Shown: in pieces, positions 20,569 to 30,960 of the stretch
Numbering within the stretch: the first letter of the stretch is position 1
Layout of the letters: every line of letters starts with the position of its first letter
Source of the DNA: a virus
Taxonomy: Duplodnaviria; Heunggongvirae; Uroviricota; Caudoviricetes
Direction: 5' to 3' (one strand)
IMG/VR virus record: IMGVR_UViG_2706794697_000013
DNA: 48,556 nucleotides
Position numbers and translations under genes: made by a program
The notes under the pieces: model-generated
The model's database searches: none
What the model was told of the DNA's origin: nothing
The model's input: only the letters and a program-made list of their open reading frames with translations

Positions 20569-21955
20569 TGATTTCCATCAGCATTACACTCTGATTTTTT
20601 AATTCATCGATCACTTCCTCTGGACGGGAATCCTGATCGATAAATTTCAACGCCTGCAACACCCGAACCGCATCAATCTGACGTATATCACCGCCCTGAC
20701 GCAATGACTGAACAGCCAGCGCGGAGGATGAGTCAAACACCTGGGCAGATACATCCAGTTCAGTGCGCACATCCACATTGCCACCGCAACTCTCTCCGAT
20801 CCATTCCGCCATTATCTGGAGAATATTATCGAGGGCATCTTCGAGGGAGTTCGCCATTGTATAAAGCGGCGAGTTTTCCTGCATTCGCTCTTCATTAGTC
20901 TGATCAACAGATTTGGTGGATGTATTTTCAGCACGCAGAAGTTTAGCGCCGGCATGACGCATCTGATTTTCCAGCTTCTCAAGTGATGTTTCGCCAGATT
21001 CTATCGCTGCGCCACTATGTTCAACATATTCGAGGCCATTTTTTGTTCTGTCCTCAAAAATCGTAGCGGTGGATGCACCAACCGTCAGTTCTTCATTCCT
21101 GTCCAGCCCGTAGGCCACCAGCAATGGAACGCGGGCAACATGAAGAATATTGTCCTGCTCGCTCTGGCTTTGCCAGTGCTTGATATTCAGCAAGCCAAGA
21201 TTAAGCAATGGCGGTGTACCACGCATAAATCCTGTTTTCTTCGTGTACAGTGTTACCAGAGGAATATCATCACGGCTGGTATTCCATGACTCATGAAGCG
21301 TCCAGACAGATTCGCCATTAGTGCCTTCGCTACGTCGATAAATTTCAACTCGACGGGGCATAATATGGCGGATCTGCTCCACCTTCTTCTGCCCGAAATC
21401 ATCACCATCAATAATGATGACCTCTTTTATACGCAAATCAGTGAGAACAACTTTCCCTTTTTCAACTTTCGATTTCCATCCAATAACCTGGCGTGGATTC
21501 AGCATCGTAACGTACGGACGACCACCGGTCGCGTTTTCATCGGCTTTTGTCCGAATCTCTTTCATATCCGTTCGTGGATAGTCCACCAGCGCATGTGCCA
21601 CACCATACTGAAATGCGAGGCTGAAAAATTGCTGCGCCCACACATCCAGTCGGCTCCCCTCCATGTCGATATTTTCTGCATATTCCCTGATTTTTGCCGG
21701 CGTTTCCTCACTCAATACTGTCGGCTCTGCAAATATGCGCCCAATATTTTGCTTGATGCTTTCTTCATACACAGGAAGTAGCGTAGCCACAGACAGGCGT
21801 TTTTTATAAGCGTCTTCATCTTCGTTAGGCCATTTTGGGAGATAATTTTCCCCCTGCCTGCGCATTTCAAGCGTACCGCCCATCAGTGCGTCGTTAATAT
21901 CCCACGCCTCCAGCATATCGTTATAGTCGAGGTTGGGTGTTGATATATCAGCCAT
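20549..21955 (-). CDS. Portal protein
   Basis: 468 aa ORF immediately downstream of the large terminase gene. Confidence 0.7.
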   Translation of the reverse strand: MADISTPNLDYNDMLEAWDINDALMGGTLEMRRQGENYLPKWPNEDEDAYKKRLSVATLLPVYEESIKQNIGRIFAEPTVLSEETPAKIREYAENIDMEGSRLDVWAQQFFSLAFQYGVAHALVDYPRTDMKEIRTKADENATGGRPYVTMLNPRQVIGWKSKVEKGKVVLTDLRIKEVIIIDGDDFGQKKVEQIRHIMPRRVEIYRRSEGTNGESVWTLHESWNTSRDDIPLVTLYTKKTGFMRGTPPLLNLGLLNIKHWQSQSEQDNILHVARVPLLVAYGLDRNEELTVGASTATIFEDRTKNGLEYVEHSGAAIESGETSLEKLENQMRHAGAKLLRAENTSTKSVDQTNEERMQENSPLYTMANSLEDALDNILQIMAEWIGESCGGNVDVRTELDVSAQVFDSSSALAVQSLRQGGDIRQIDAVRVLQALKFIDQDSRPEEVIDELKNQSVMLMEINDANRE

Positions 21956-21957
21956 AA

Positions 21958-23268
21958 TTAAATCCGAAGTGATGTGACTCTTCCGGTCGGTTTGACAATA
22001 GGGAATTGCTTAACGATGAAATAACCTCCGGCATCATTCGGGTGATCATTGCCAGATTTTTTATCAGGCTCCCCCTTCTCATCCCAGACCTGTTGCTCCA
22101 GAGATTCGGCATATAACGGGCAACGCTTCACATTAACTTTATAGCGACGCTCACCATTGGCATTGCAGAACATTGCATTCATTGAGTTAACGCGATCTTT
22201 TACTGGCGGGTTCGAGCTGTTCACCACAACGTTAAAACCAGCCTGCTTAAGCTGGGCTATATCCGTCGTACTTGCGTTACTTGATTTTCTGGAATCCCCG
22301 GAAGCATCTGGATAAATATAAATTTCCCTCACTTTCCGGTAATCATTCCCATCATACAGCCAGAAGCGTTCTTTAATGATGCGGATCATATCCGGCGTAT
22401 CGTAGGCATTGATGATTTCAGTTACCGCACATGGAAGCCCCAAACGCAGCACATGGACGATTCCCGCCATCTTTCCAACGTTAAAATCCATCCCAATATA
22501 AATCGGCTCCCCTGGCTGCTCCACTTCTTCGCAATTATTCAGTTTCCGGTCAAACTGATGGTAAACAGTACCACTTGTCAGGTTAGTAAACTGTCCTCGA
22601 AGATAGGCTTTAATCAGCTCTGGAGGGTATGATTCAAGAAGCGAAGGAATGTAATCTGCTGGCAGGTTCTTTTCATTATCGAAAGTAGATGCCTGCACCA
22701 GACCATACAGTGAGGCCAGCTCTGTTTTTTCACGCACGGCTTTAACAAACTGCTCGTAGACAAATTTGAATCCTTCCGGCGTGGTTGTAACGTCAATACC
22801 GTTGCGAAGTCCATCAATCTTATAACGCATACGTGCAATTATCTTGCGCCACGCCGTTCTGGCTTTTTCCTTCGGCAAAATGTCCAGTTCATCCACCAAC
22901 GCATTACCAATTTTGAAACCGACGATCGTTTGTGGCTTCTCCATCGATCTGCAGATAGTGGTTCCCCGATACTGGCGTCCGTAATAAAAGTGAACCTCTT
23001 TATTTCCCTCATTAATTTTTACGTTCAATCCCCAGTCAGCAGCAACTTCTTCCACTGTAGGGTAAAAAATATCGCGAATTTGGGGATACGTTGGCGCAAA
23101 ATATCCCTGATTTATACCTGGATGCTCCCAAATCCCCTTGCATATGCCGCCACACCCAACCCATGTTTTGCCCGAGCCAAAACCAGCAATATAGGCTTTA
23201 AATTTATGGGGCATTGAAAGAAATCGCGCCTGAGGCACATTAAGCGTCGGAGAGATCATCTTCATCAC
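21958..23268 (-). CDS. Terminase large subunit
   Basis: 436 aa with Walker A-like AGFGSGKT near the N-terminus and acidic nuclease-like C-terminus; not lambda A-like. Confidence 0.8.
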   Translation of the reverse strand: MMKMISPTLNVPQARFLSMPHKFKAYIAGFGSGKTWVGCGGICKGIWEHPGINQGYFAPTYPQIRDIFYPTVEEVAADWGLNVKINEGNKEVHFYYGRQYRGTTICRSMEKPQTIVGFKIGNALVDELDILPKEKARTAWRKIIARMRYKIDGLRNGIDVTTTPEGFKFVYEQFVKAVREKTELASLYGLVQASTFDNEKNLPADYIPSLLESYPPELIKAYLRGQFTNLTSGTVYHQFDRKLNNCEEVEQPGEPIYIGMDFNVGKMAGIVHVLRLGLPCAVTEIINAYDTPDMIRIIKERFWLYDGNDYRKVREIYIYPDASGDSRKSSNASTTDIAQLKQAGFNVVVNSSNPPVKDRVNSMNAMFCNANGERRYKVNVKRCPLYAESLEQQVWDEKGEPDKKSGNDHPNDAGGYFIVKQFPIVKPTGRVTSLRI

Positions 23269-24334
23269 TCCTTACTCTGGCATCAACCACATTAATATTG
23301 ATCGCCACAGGCTGGGGATGTTCATTATCTTCCACCGTTTCGATCTCTTTGCGCAGCTTCTGGTTTTCCATTCTGCGCCGTTCAATTTCCAGTTCCCGTA
23401 GCCGCTTATCTGCACATAAAGCCCCGCCAGCAGAAAACAAACGCAACAATTCACGCCGGGCGGCAGCCTTATCCTCCAGCAGGATCTCAACGCCGAATTT
23501 TCCGAATTTTGCCCCTGCATATAATTGCCGCGCATCCCCATCAAGCAGAGTGGTATCAGCCATATAAAGCTGTCCCGTTCCCTCACCGCAGCACTTCGGG
23601 CAGTCCGGATTGGGTATGGCGTTATCAACAAAGCCGAGGCCTCCATATTCCGGTTCGGGTTTGCCATCTCTGGAAGCCTGCGCCGCTGCCTTGTCGAATT
23701 CTGCTATATCGCGCCACTGGTAGAGATGATTCTCGCCCCAGCAATAACGGCAGTTAACACGGCGAAATTGTGCAAGCTGATTGGGGTCGGCCAGGACAAT
23801 AGCCATCAACTGACTCACTAGTAAATCCAGGTCTGCGGTATAGCGTTTCTGGTACTGATTGCGGAAGTAGCTGATAGCGCGAAAAACCCTGGCATTTCTA
23901 AGCATACGACTGGCGTTGCTGTTAGCTGTCGCACCTTGCCCCTCATAACCGGCTAGTCGGTACGCCTCTGTCGGCTTTTTACCCTGAGCAACAAGCATCG
24001 CAAACTTAGCCTGCTGGTCAGAAATGCCGAATTCATCGGGACAGAACGAAAATTCCTCCGCGTCGCCCTCATTCAGGCCCGCATCGAATACTGGCTTTTT
24101 TTCCTGAGATTTTTCGTTCCGCTTTTGTGCAGTCTGCGCAGATTTTTTCTGCGCACTTTTTTGCGCAGTTTTGCACATTTCTGTCTGCGCATTTTTCGGA
24201 GTTTTTTTGATGTAACGACGGGCTGTTGCGTAATTCAGTCCCCTTGCTTCACACCATGCCACCGGAGATATACCGGAGCGGGTGTATTCAGCAATATACT
24301 CCTGCTGCAACGCCCCCCAGTCCGGTCTGCTCAT
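23240..24334 (-). CDS. Terminase small subunit (N-terminal HTH, internal Terminase_2-like motif)
   Basis: 364 aa; N-terminal HTH-like stretch; internal AYRLAGYEGQGATANSNASRMLRNARV resembles small-terminase signatures; overlaps the large subunit start. Confidence 0.6.
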   Translation of the reverse strand: MSRPDWGALQQEYIAEYTRSGISPVAWCEARGLNYATARRYIKKTPKNAQTEMCKTAQKSAQKKSAQTAQKRNEKSQEKKPVFDAGLNEGDAEEFSFCPDEFGISDQQAKFAMLVAQGKKPTEAYRLAGYEGQGATANSNASRMLRNARVFRAISYFRNQYQKRYTADLDLLVSQLMAIVLADPNQLAQFRRVNCRYCWGENHLYQWRDIAEFDKAAAQASRDGKPEPEYGGLGFVDNAIPNPDCPKCCGEGTGQLYMADTTLLDGDARQLYAGAKFGKFGVEILLEDKAAARRELLRLFSAGGALCADKRLRELEIERRRMENQKLRKEIETVEDNEHPQPVAININVVDARVRSDEDDLSDA

Positions 24335-24337
24335 CAG

Positions 24338-24589
24338 TTAGTCCTGATTTTTATCCACCCTGAGTAGTTCGCGCAGAGCAAAGGCATCCCCTTTTCTGGC
24401 AAGCTTAAACAATGCCGCTCGTAACTCGGCTTCACCTTTCGCTCTGCCCTTACGGATGGCCGCATAAAAATCTGTCATTGCTTCCCGATTTTCTTTCAGT
24501 CGGTTCAGATCAACATCCAGAACGTCAGCGATTTGTTGTGCAGTCATCCGGCACGCTGCCAGAGACTCGACTTTCGAATACGGAATCAT
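24338..24589 (-). CDS. Hypothetical small protein upstream of terminase
   Basis: 83 aa ORF; function not recognised. Confidence 0.35.
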   Translation of the reverse strand: MIPYSKVESLAACRMTAQQIADVLDVDLNRLKENREAMTDFYAAIRKGRAKGEAELRAALFKLARKGDAFALRELLRVDKNQD

Positions 24590-25475
24590 TTGTCACCCCC
24601 ATTGATATGCAGGGTGTCTTCTTCCTGTATTTTTCGTGAAGGATTTTTACTGCAGCGTTGTTCCAGGTGACCTGATGGTGAATGCGTTTATGACTGGCAC
24701 CCATAAGTGAGATTTTTACGCACGACGGCGCATACATGACGGAGTAAAAACTTTTAACGTAGGTTCCGGAATCCAGATACAGCTCGGTCATTCCGCCGCT
24801 GTTTTTCTGCGTCTGTTTCTGCCCTAACTGGACAGCACCGATCGTCATAAACAATTCACCACAGCGACCGAGATTCGTGTACGTATTCACATCCTCGTTA
24901 ATGCGCCCCATGAATGAGAACGGTCGATCAACCGAACAGATAAAGCTGTTCATTGCCTTGCGTTTCACCCACGAAGCATGGCCGCCATTGTCACCAAGAA
25001 AATCCCCGCCCTGCGACATAGCGATGGAAAGAGCAGGTATTGATTCGTAGTACGCAAGCATTTCAGAAAGGATCTCATCCAGTTTCCTTATCGGGAAATA
25101 GGCCTGGTCATAGTTGCGATCCACCCGAAACTGGAACTCGTGATAATCATCATCGAGCTGAATGAAGTATTTACACCCGACCAGTTTTGCCTGGTCGAAA
25201 CAGGCATTACGGGCGTAAAAAATTGAGCGGCGGTCACTAAAATTATCGGCTTCGTCAAAACGACTAGCAATATCGGCTTTGGAAAATACCAGCACCTGTT
25301 CACCAAATTCAGCCATGTACTGATGCCGTGTCTTATCTTCATCATCAACAACGATAAAAATTTTCCCGGTATAGCCAGCACGACGCAACGTCCGGTAAGT
25401 CAGAACTTTGTCCGGTCGCCCGTGAGTCAGAATAAAGGCGCAAAAATCATCACGCATATTCCTCCTCCCCGCCAT
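24525..25475 (-). CDS. Hypothetical protein with acidic DxD-like motifs
   Basis: 316 aa ORF with IFIVVDDED and YFIQLDDDY; overlaps the end of the ParB-like gene; family not recognised. Confidence 0.45.
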   Translation of the reverse strand: MAGRRNMRDDFCAFILTHGRPDKVLTYRTLRRAGYTGKIFIVVDDEDKTRHQYMAEFGEQVLVFSKADIASRFDEADNFSDRRSIFYARNACFDQAKLVGCKYFIQLDDDYHEFQFRVDRNYDQAYFPIRKLDEILSEMLAYYESIPALSIAMSQGGDFLGDNGGHASWVKRKAMNSFICSVDRPFSFMGRINEDVNTYTNLGRCGELFMTIGAVQLGQKQTQKNSGGMTELYLDSGTYVKSFYSVMYAPSCVKISLMGASHKRIHHQVTWNNAAVKILHEKYRKKTPCISMGVTNDSVFESRVSGSVPDDCTTNR

Positions 25476-26238
25476 GCATGATCTCCACCATGCGCTGCGT
25501 CATTCGGACAAATCCATTTTCAATAGCCTGCTGATAATCAATGATCACCAGCGCCGACTCCTCGAAAAGGCACTGAATTTCAGCGGGGGCATGAGCGTAA
25601 TAGTCCGCAATTCTGCTGAAATTAAACACCGTGTGACGTTCTGCTGCACACAGGAGGAATTTCTCAATATCAGGATCAAGGGACGCCGAACGTATCCGGC
25701 TGATCAGCTCCTGAGTTTTCGTATCGTCGTACAGTTCACTGATATCCGGTTTACCGCCTGACGGCTCATAAACAGGCGTATCAATTTTCGTCGTATACGG
25801 CTCCTCCTCATTTCCTGTACCGGGCAAAACATCCGTCAACAGTTCATCAATTTCTGCCGGGATGAAGCCTGTCAGGGAGACATCAAAATCAGCATTGATT
25901 AGGTCCGACAGCTCCATCCGCAACAGATCTTCATCCCAGCCAGCATTCATCGGCAGGCGATTATCTGCCAGGCGGTACGCCTTTTTCTGCTCATCCGTCA
26001 GGCCAGACAGAACAATGACCGGAACAGAATCCATTTTGAGCATTTCAGCCGCCATAACACGACCGTGACCCGCAATAATTTCGCCCTTTTCGTCAATCAG
26101 CACCGGATTAGTCCAGCCGAATTGCTTAATACTTTCTACCAGTTGTGCCACCTGCTCAGTACTGTGCGTCCTGGCGTTGTGCGCATACGGTGACAATTCT
26201 TGTAATGGGCGATAGACTATCTTTAATTTCTCGCTCAT
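25450..26238 (-). CDS. ParB-like nuclease domain protein
   Basis: 262 aa; N-terminal region carries a ParB/Srx-type motif (..GHGRVMAAEML..). Confidence 0.6.
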   Translation of the reverse strand: MSEKLKIVYRPLQELSPYAHNARTHSTEQVAQLVESIKQFGWTNPVLIDEKGEIIAGHGRVMAAEMLKMDSVPVIVLSGLTDEQKKAYRLADNRLPMNAGWDEDLLRMELSDLINADFDVSLTGFIPAEIDELLTDVLPGTGNEEEPYTTKIDTPVYEPSGGKPDISELYDDTKTQELISRIRSASLDPDIEKFLLCAAERHTVFNFSRIADYYAHAPAEIQCLFEESALVIIDYQQAIENGFVRMTQRMVEIMHGGEEEYA

Positions 26239-26375
26239 ACAGCCTTGCTTTATGAATAAAACGCACCCCAGCAGCCAGTGCTACTGGGGGCGGAGGTGTT
26301 GCTGGTAAAGTTAGGTATTGGATCAATGAGTGAGTCAACATAATATTAAACTCACAATTATAAATCAGCCATATA

Positions 26376-27833
26376 TTAGGAGCGCCAAAAAAAACCTGAA
26401 AACAATATAATAACAGGATAAATTTCAAGGCGACCAAGAATCATAGCTATGCACATTAAATATTTTGCAATGTCATTAAGCACTCCGAATGACGATGCAG
26501 TAGCCCCAAAACCTAATCCCATATTATTAATACATGCAGCCACTGTTGCAAATGATGTAAGAAAATCATATCCCATACCATTTAACACCAGTATAAAAAA
26601 CACCGTGAAGAGAGTATAAAGAAAAAAGAAACTCCATACAGACCTCATTACACGATCTGTAACTATCTTCCCTCCTACATTTACACTCAACAACGCTCTG
26701 GGATGAGAAAGCTGATTTATCTCGTGTTTGCTTTGTTTGAAAAGTATAAGAAATCGAAGTGACTTAATTCCACCACAGGTTGAACCTATACATCCCCCAA
26801 AGAAACTTGACAACAGCAAAAACACTATCGTGTGCGTGGGCCAGTTTGCATAATCCTGCGTAGCTAAACCATTATCAGTGAGCATGGAGCTGGCAAGAAA
26901 AAACGAATGAATAAAACTTCCATGCAAGTCATACATACCTATATGCCAGACCTGGAAAGAGGTAACAATGATCACCCCTAAGGCTATTAACAGAAAGAAA
27001 CGAAGTTCAATATCTCTGATTAAAGGTTTTATCGTTTTTCTGCTAATAACAATATACCAAAGAGTGAAGTTGAAAGCCGATAGCAGGGAAAAAGAACCAG
27101 CCACCAGCTCAACCAAATAGTTATTAAAATATCCGATACTCTCGCTATGAGTTGAGAAACCACCAAGCGAAACTGTGGAAATCCCGTGACAAATAGCATC
27201 AAACAAAGGCATTCCTGCAAGTCTATAACAGACAATACAAGCAATACCTAATAAAGAATAAGTTATCCACAGTGTCCGTGACGTATCGGCCAGGCGGGGA
27301 GTGAGTTTGTCATCCTTAAATGGCCCCGGCATTTCTGACTGATAAAGCTTTGCACCACCAATACCCAATAATGGCAATACTGCAACCGCCAGAACAATAA
27401 CTCCTAAACCACCTATAAAATTTAACTGTGACCGATAGTACAAATATGCCCGAGGTAATGAACTAACATCATCAATTACAGTTGCTCCTGTTGTTGTTAT
27501 TCCAGAAACCCCTTCAAACAGAGCATCAATGAACGTTAAATTAAGTTCTGAGTCAATCCATAAAGGGAATGCACTAATAACAGAAAACAAAATCCAAAAC
27601 ATTACAATTATAATAAACCCATCACGGGTACGTAATTGAATGCCAGATTTCTTAGTTGTATACCACGCTCCGCCACCAATGCAAAAAAATATAACGAAAG
27701 TTATAAAGAAAACGAACAGGCTTTTTTCTTTATAAAACAATGCTACAACCATTGGTGGCAACATTGAAAGACTATAGAGCCAAACCAGGAACCCACACAT
27801 ATGAGTAACAACTCTTACATGAGATGTATTCAT
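26376..27833 (-). CDS. trkG: Trk-system potassium uptake protein TrkG
   Basis: 485 aa polytopic membrane protein from MNTSHVRVVTHMCGFLVWLYSL.., recognised as K-12 Rac TrkG; gene is visibly AT-rich. Confidence 0.85.
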   Translation of the reverse strand: MNTSHVRVVTHMCGFLVWLYSLSMLPPMVVALFYKEKSLFVFFITFVIFFCIGGGAWYTTKKSGIQLRTRDGFIIIVMFWILFSVISAFPLWIDSELNLTFIDALFEGVSGITTTGATVIDDVSSLPRAYLYYRSQLNFIGGLGVIVLAVAVLPLLGIGGAKLYQSEMPGPFKDDKLTPRLADTSRTLWITYSLLGIACIVCYRLAGMPLFDAICHGISTVSLGGFSTHSESIGYFNNYLVELVAGSFSLLSAFNFTLWYIVISRKTIKPLIRDIELRFFLLIALGVIIVTSFQVWHIGMYDLHGSFIHSFFLASSMLTDNGLATQDYANWPTHTIVFLLLSSFFGGCIGSTCGGIKSLRFLILFKQSKHEINQLSHPRALLSVNVGGKIVTDRVMRSVWSFFFLYTLFTVFFILVLNGMGYDFLTSFATVAACINNMGLGFGATASSFGVLNDIAKYLMCIAMILGRLEIYPVIILFSGFFWRS

Positions 27834-27970
27834 ATCTAAATATTCTTTCAATTATAACCACCTTGCTGCAATATTATGATTATACTGTATAAAATTTAAC
27901 TCCTCTTAGATCTTACTTCACTGTTCCTTATGAAACAATCATCAAAATGAATCATATTGTAGTTAAGATT

Positions 27971-28435
27971 TTACTTTAAACACTGCTCGGTTATGTATTG
28001 CTGAGCACCTTCAAGTTGGGCCTGCATCATTACCAGTCGTTCCCGGAGGGTGAAATAATCCCGTTCAGCGGTGTCTGCCAGTCGGGGGGAGGCTGCATTA
28101 TCCACGCCGGAGGCGGTGGTGGCTTCACGCACTGACTGACAGACTGCTTTGATGTGCAACCGACGACGACCAGCGGCAACATCATCACGCAGAGCATCAT
28201 TTTCAGCTTTCGCATCAGCTAACTCCTTCGTGTATTTTGCATCGAGCGCAGCAACATCACGCTGACGCATCTGCATGTCAGTAATTGCCGCGTTCGCCAG
28301 CTTCAGTTCTCTGGCATTTTTGTCGCGCTGGGCTTTGTAGGTAATGGCGTTATCACGGTAATGATTAACAGCCCATGACAGGCAGACGATGATGCAGATA
28401 ACCAGAGCGGAGATAATCGCGGTTACTCTGTTCAT
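27971..28435 (-). CDS. Spanin inner-membrane subunit (Rz)
   Basis: Single N-terminal transmembrane segment then coiled coil; ATG at 28435 overlaps the endolysin stop (ATGA). Confidence 0.75.
   Translation of the reverse strand: MNRVTAIISALVICIIVCLSWAVNHYRDNAITYKAQRDKNARELKLANAAITDMQMRQRDVAALDAKYTKELADAKAENDALRDDVAAGRRRLHIKAVCQSVREATTASGVDNAASPRLADTAERDYFTLRERLVMMQAQLEGAQQYITEQCLK
28030..28215 (-). CDS. rzoR: Spanin outer-membrane lipoprotein (Rz1, RzoR-like), embedded in Rz
   Basis: 61 aa in the +1 frame inside Rz; lipobox VVGC and proline-rich [15 protein letters not shown]; matches K-12 RzoR as recalled. Confidence 0.8.
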   Translation of the reverse strand: MRKLKMMLCVMMLPLVVVGCTSKQSVSQCVKPPPPPAWIMQPPPDWQTPLNGIISPSGNDW

Positions 28436-28929
28436 TGCTGACCCCACAAACAGATTTCACGCTCAATCTCACGACGAGTCATGAGACCTTTCCATTGCTT
28501 ACCGCCAGCATATGTCCAGCGACGTAGCTGATCACATGCGCCTTTGATATCGCCCTGGTTTATTTTGCGAAGAAGCGTCGATGTTCTGAAATTGCCAGCA
28601 CCCACGTTGTAAACGAATGAGTAAAGAGCGCCGCGCGTTGTTTCCGGTATATCGACTTTGATGTACGGGTTAATTTGTCTGGCGACAGTGGCAAGGTCTT
28701 TATTCAAGAGTGTTTTGCATTCTGCTTTGGTATACGTTTTACCGAGCATGATGTCTTTTCCTGTATGCCCGTGACATACAGTCCATACACCAACAATATC
28801 TTTGTATGGTATGTAGCTGACACCTTCCAGACCATCGTTACCACTTGGGCCAGTGATTAACACTGATGCTATAGCAATTGCTCCGCCACCAATAGCAGCA
28901 GCAACGACTTTTCGTAATGATGGAGGCAT
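28432..28929 (-). CDS. SAR endolysin (phage 21 R-like lysozyme)
   Basis: 165 aa; N-terminal Gly/Ala-rich signal-anchor-release segment; stop overlaps Rz start, start overlaps holin stop. Confidence 0.8.
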   Translation of the reverse strand: MPPSLRKVVAAAIGGGAIAIASVLITGPSGNDGLEGVSYIPYKDIVGVWTVCHGHTGKDIMLGKTYTKAECKTLLNKDLATVARQINPYIKVDIPETTRGALYSFVYNVGAGNFRTSTLLRKINQGDIKGACDQLRRWTYAGGKQWKGLMTRREIEREICLWGQQ

Positions 28930-29144
28930 TATTCACCTCTCGCAGCCTTGCGCTTATCTTCTTTAATCTTGAAATAAAGGTTTGTCAGGTACGTCAGCAG
29001 GCCAAATACCAGACTACCCAGCACACCGATTGCAGCCCACTGTGACGGAGTTACTCTATCGAGCAACTGTAAAAACCAGTAGCCAGCACTGCCTGCGGAG
29101 GTGCCGTAGGCAATGCCTGTTGAAATTTTGTCCATGGATTTCAT
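28929..29144 (-). CDS. Pinholin (phage 21 S-like) with dual-start motif
   Basis: 71 aa from [14 protein letters not shown].. with GGAGGT RBS 7 nt upstream; two TM segments; ORF track extends 19 codons further upstream. Confidence 0.8.
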   Translation of the reverse strand: MKSMDKISTGIAYGTSAGSAGYWFLQLLDRVTPSQWAAIGVLGSLVFGLLTYLTNLYFKIKEDKRKAARGE

Positions 29145-29246
29145 AGCCTCACCTCCGCACGGAACGGATGGCATAGTTATTATGTGTAGGCTTTCAGACA
29201 CATCAATCAGAGCCTTAATTGATATATATGCTGGAGACGATGCAAT

Positions 29247-29270
29247 ATAAAAAGCTCGCCGTAGCGAGCT
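29247..29270 (-). terminator. Rho-independent terminator after the lipoprotein pair
   Basis: Minus strand AGCUCGC-uacg-GCGAGCU followed by UUUUUAUAUUG, between lipoprotein 2 stop and holin start. Confidence 0.6.
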
Positions 29271-29395
29271 AATAAAATGTATTTCTCTGATATTATGTTT
29301 ATTTGTATTAGCTCAGACTTGACATCACAGGTTTCGTATATAGAACATCATCAAATCTGTCAGTTTGCTATGAATGAGATATAGTAATTGAAGAG

Positions 29396-29791
29396 CTAAC
29401 CTCGCATGTCAAAGCCAGATTTCTGAAAATCTCTGTAGACTTCCGGATTGTTGAAGGCCGGAAATTTGGCTTTATGAGCTGCGGACTTTATCGCTTCGCA
29501 ATAGGCTTTATCACCGTTACTGGTAGATATTTTTAACGCCGTGCCATCCTGAGAGAATTCCATATGCAACCTGCATTTTTTCCCTTTCCAGTTATGCGGC
29601 TCATCAAGTTTGGCATTAATTGCAGCTCTGATTCCCCGCGCTTGCGCCCCCCATTCATCCTGATCATCCCAGCGTCCTGAACTGCAACTACCTGTAGCAG
29701 TAGTTTTGTGGCAATCTGAAGGGTGTAAAGGTGTGCATCCCGCAACAAAACCGACCCAAAAAGTCAACATAACGATTTTCTTTAATCCCAC
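29396..29791 (-). CDS. Lipoprotein with TolA C-terminal (domain III)-like domain, copy 2
   Basis: Probable GTG start with GAGGAG RBS; lipobox VAGC; C-terminal ..KKCRLHMEFSQDGTALKISTSNGDKAYCEAIKSAAHKAKFPAF..PEVYRDF.. resembles TolA domain III as recalled. Confidence 0.65.
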   Translation of the reverse strand: MGLKKIVMLTFWVGFVAGCTPLHPSDCHKTTATGSCSSGRWDDQDEWGAQARGIRAAINAKLDEPHNWKGKKCRLHMEFSQDGTALKISTSNGDKAYCEAIKSAAHKAKFPAFNNPEVYRDFQKSGFDMRG

Positions 29792-29941
29792 TTCTTGCTC
29801 CTCAATCCATTAAAATCTCAGCAATAGTAGTTGTTACGTCCGCCACTGGCTCAGAGCTGACTATCCGCTAAATTTAGCTCAGTGCCGTAGCTGTGTCAGA
29901 ACAAACCTAAGCCGAAACCGTTTATTACAAAACAATAAATA

Positions 29942-30370
29942 TCAGGGTTTAAAATCCAGCACCCCATTTTGAAATACTTTATATACTTCCGGCGAAGGGG
30001 GGGCAGGTATATCAGCATTCTTTATCGCATTCATCGCTTCACGACATAAATCGAGGTCTCCACTTTCTCTTTTAACCTCCAGTAGAAGGCCATTCGGGGC
30101 CATATGCATTCTCAGTGTACACTCTTTTCCTGAATACTTACTCGCATCCCCGAACTGTTTTTCGATGGCGCTCTTGATTTGATGGGCATACAGACGGATA
30201 TCCTCACTAACATCAGAAGTACGTTCAGATGAACTCACATACTGTGTCTCTATTGCTTTATCGGAGTAATATGATGTACGGTCATGATAATTTGTCGATA
30301 CAGCATCAGTGCACCCGATAATAATCCCACTAATAATCAACGTAAGAATTGATGCGCTACGAAAACCCAT
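29942..30370 (-). CDS. Lipoprotein with TolA C-terminal (domain III)-like domain, copy 1
   Basis: ATG with GAGGAAAA RBS; lipobox IIGC; C-terminus YAHQIKSAIEKQFGDASKYSGKECTLRMHMAPNGLLLEVKRESGDLDLCREAMNAIKNADIPAPPSPEVYKVFQNGVLDFKP closely follows the E. coli TolA C-terminus as recalled. Confidence 0.75.
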   Translation of the reverse strand: MGFRSASILTLIISGIIIGCTDAVSTNYHDRTSYYSDKAIETQYVSSSERTSDVSEDIRLYAHQIKSAIEKQFGDASKYSGKECTLRMHMAPNGLLLEVKRESGDLDLCREAMNAIKNADIPAPPSPEVYKVFQNGVLDFKP

Positions 30371-30960
30371 TTTTCCTCACATATGTCATATAGTAAAGGA
30401 TTATATATACCGTTGTTTTGGACGCTCAAACAGCGAATCAGATCAAATAAAACGCACATTTGTTAACATTTACACAAAGTCTGCGTGGGATATTCTGAAA
30501 GAATATCCATAATGTGGAGAGAATCTATTGAAGTGCATGGTGCCGGGTGCCTCCCGGTGAACAAAATGTTCGTGATACCTGTCGGCGACAGAAAAGGTTA
30601 ATGGTATCACCCCACCGCACAGGGGGATTCACCATGCAGGAGTTTTCTTAGCAAACTCACTGCGCGCCCGGCAACTCCCAACCACATAAAATGCGGAGTT
30701 TGTGGCATTTATGCATATAACTCGCAGGAATTATCTTAAAAAACTGATGTCGATCCGGATTAAAAAGAAGCAGGTCATCATCAGATGACTGGAAAAAAGG
30801 AAAACAAAAAATACTCATCATACAGTTTTGATTGCAGGGATGAGCCTGCTATGCACAATATGCAGAATATAAGCAAGATAAAAATATGCAGGCATATTAT
30901 TTCGGATCTTGTTATTAACACAACCTTTTTAATAATCATTTGGCATACAATAAACCAGCC

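Noticed and set aside
26156-26437. 93-aa minus-strand ORF between trkG and the ParB-like gene
   Set aside because: Overlaps the trkG 3' end and the ParB-like 5' end in another frame and runs through intergenic sequence; no independent support.
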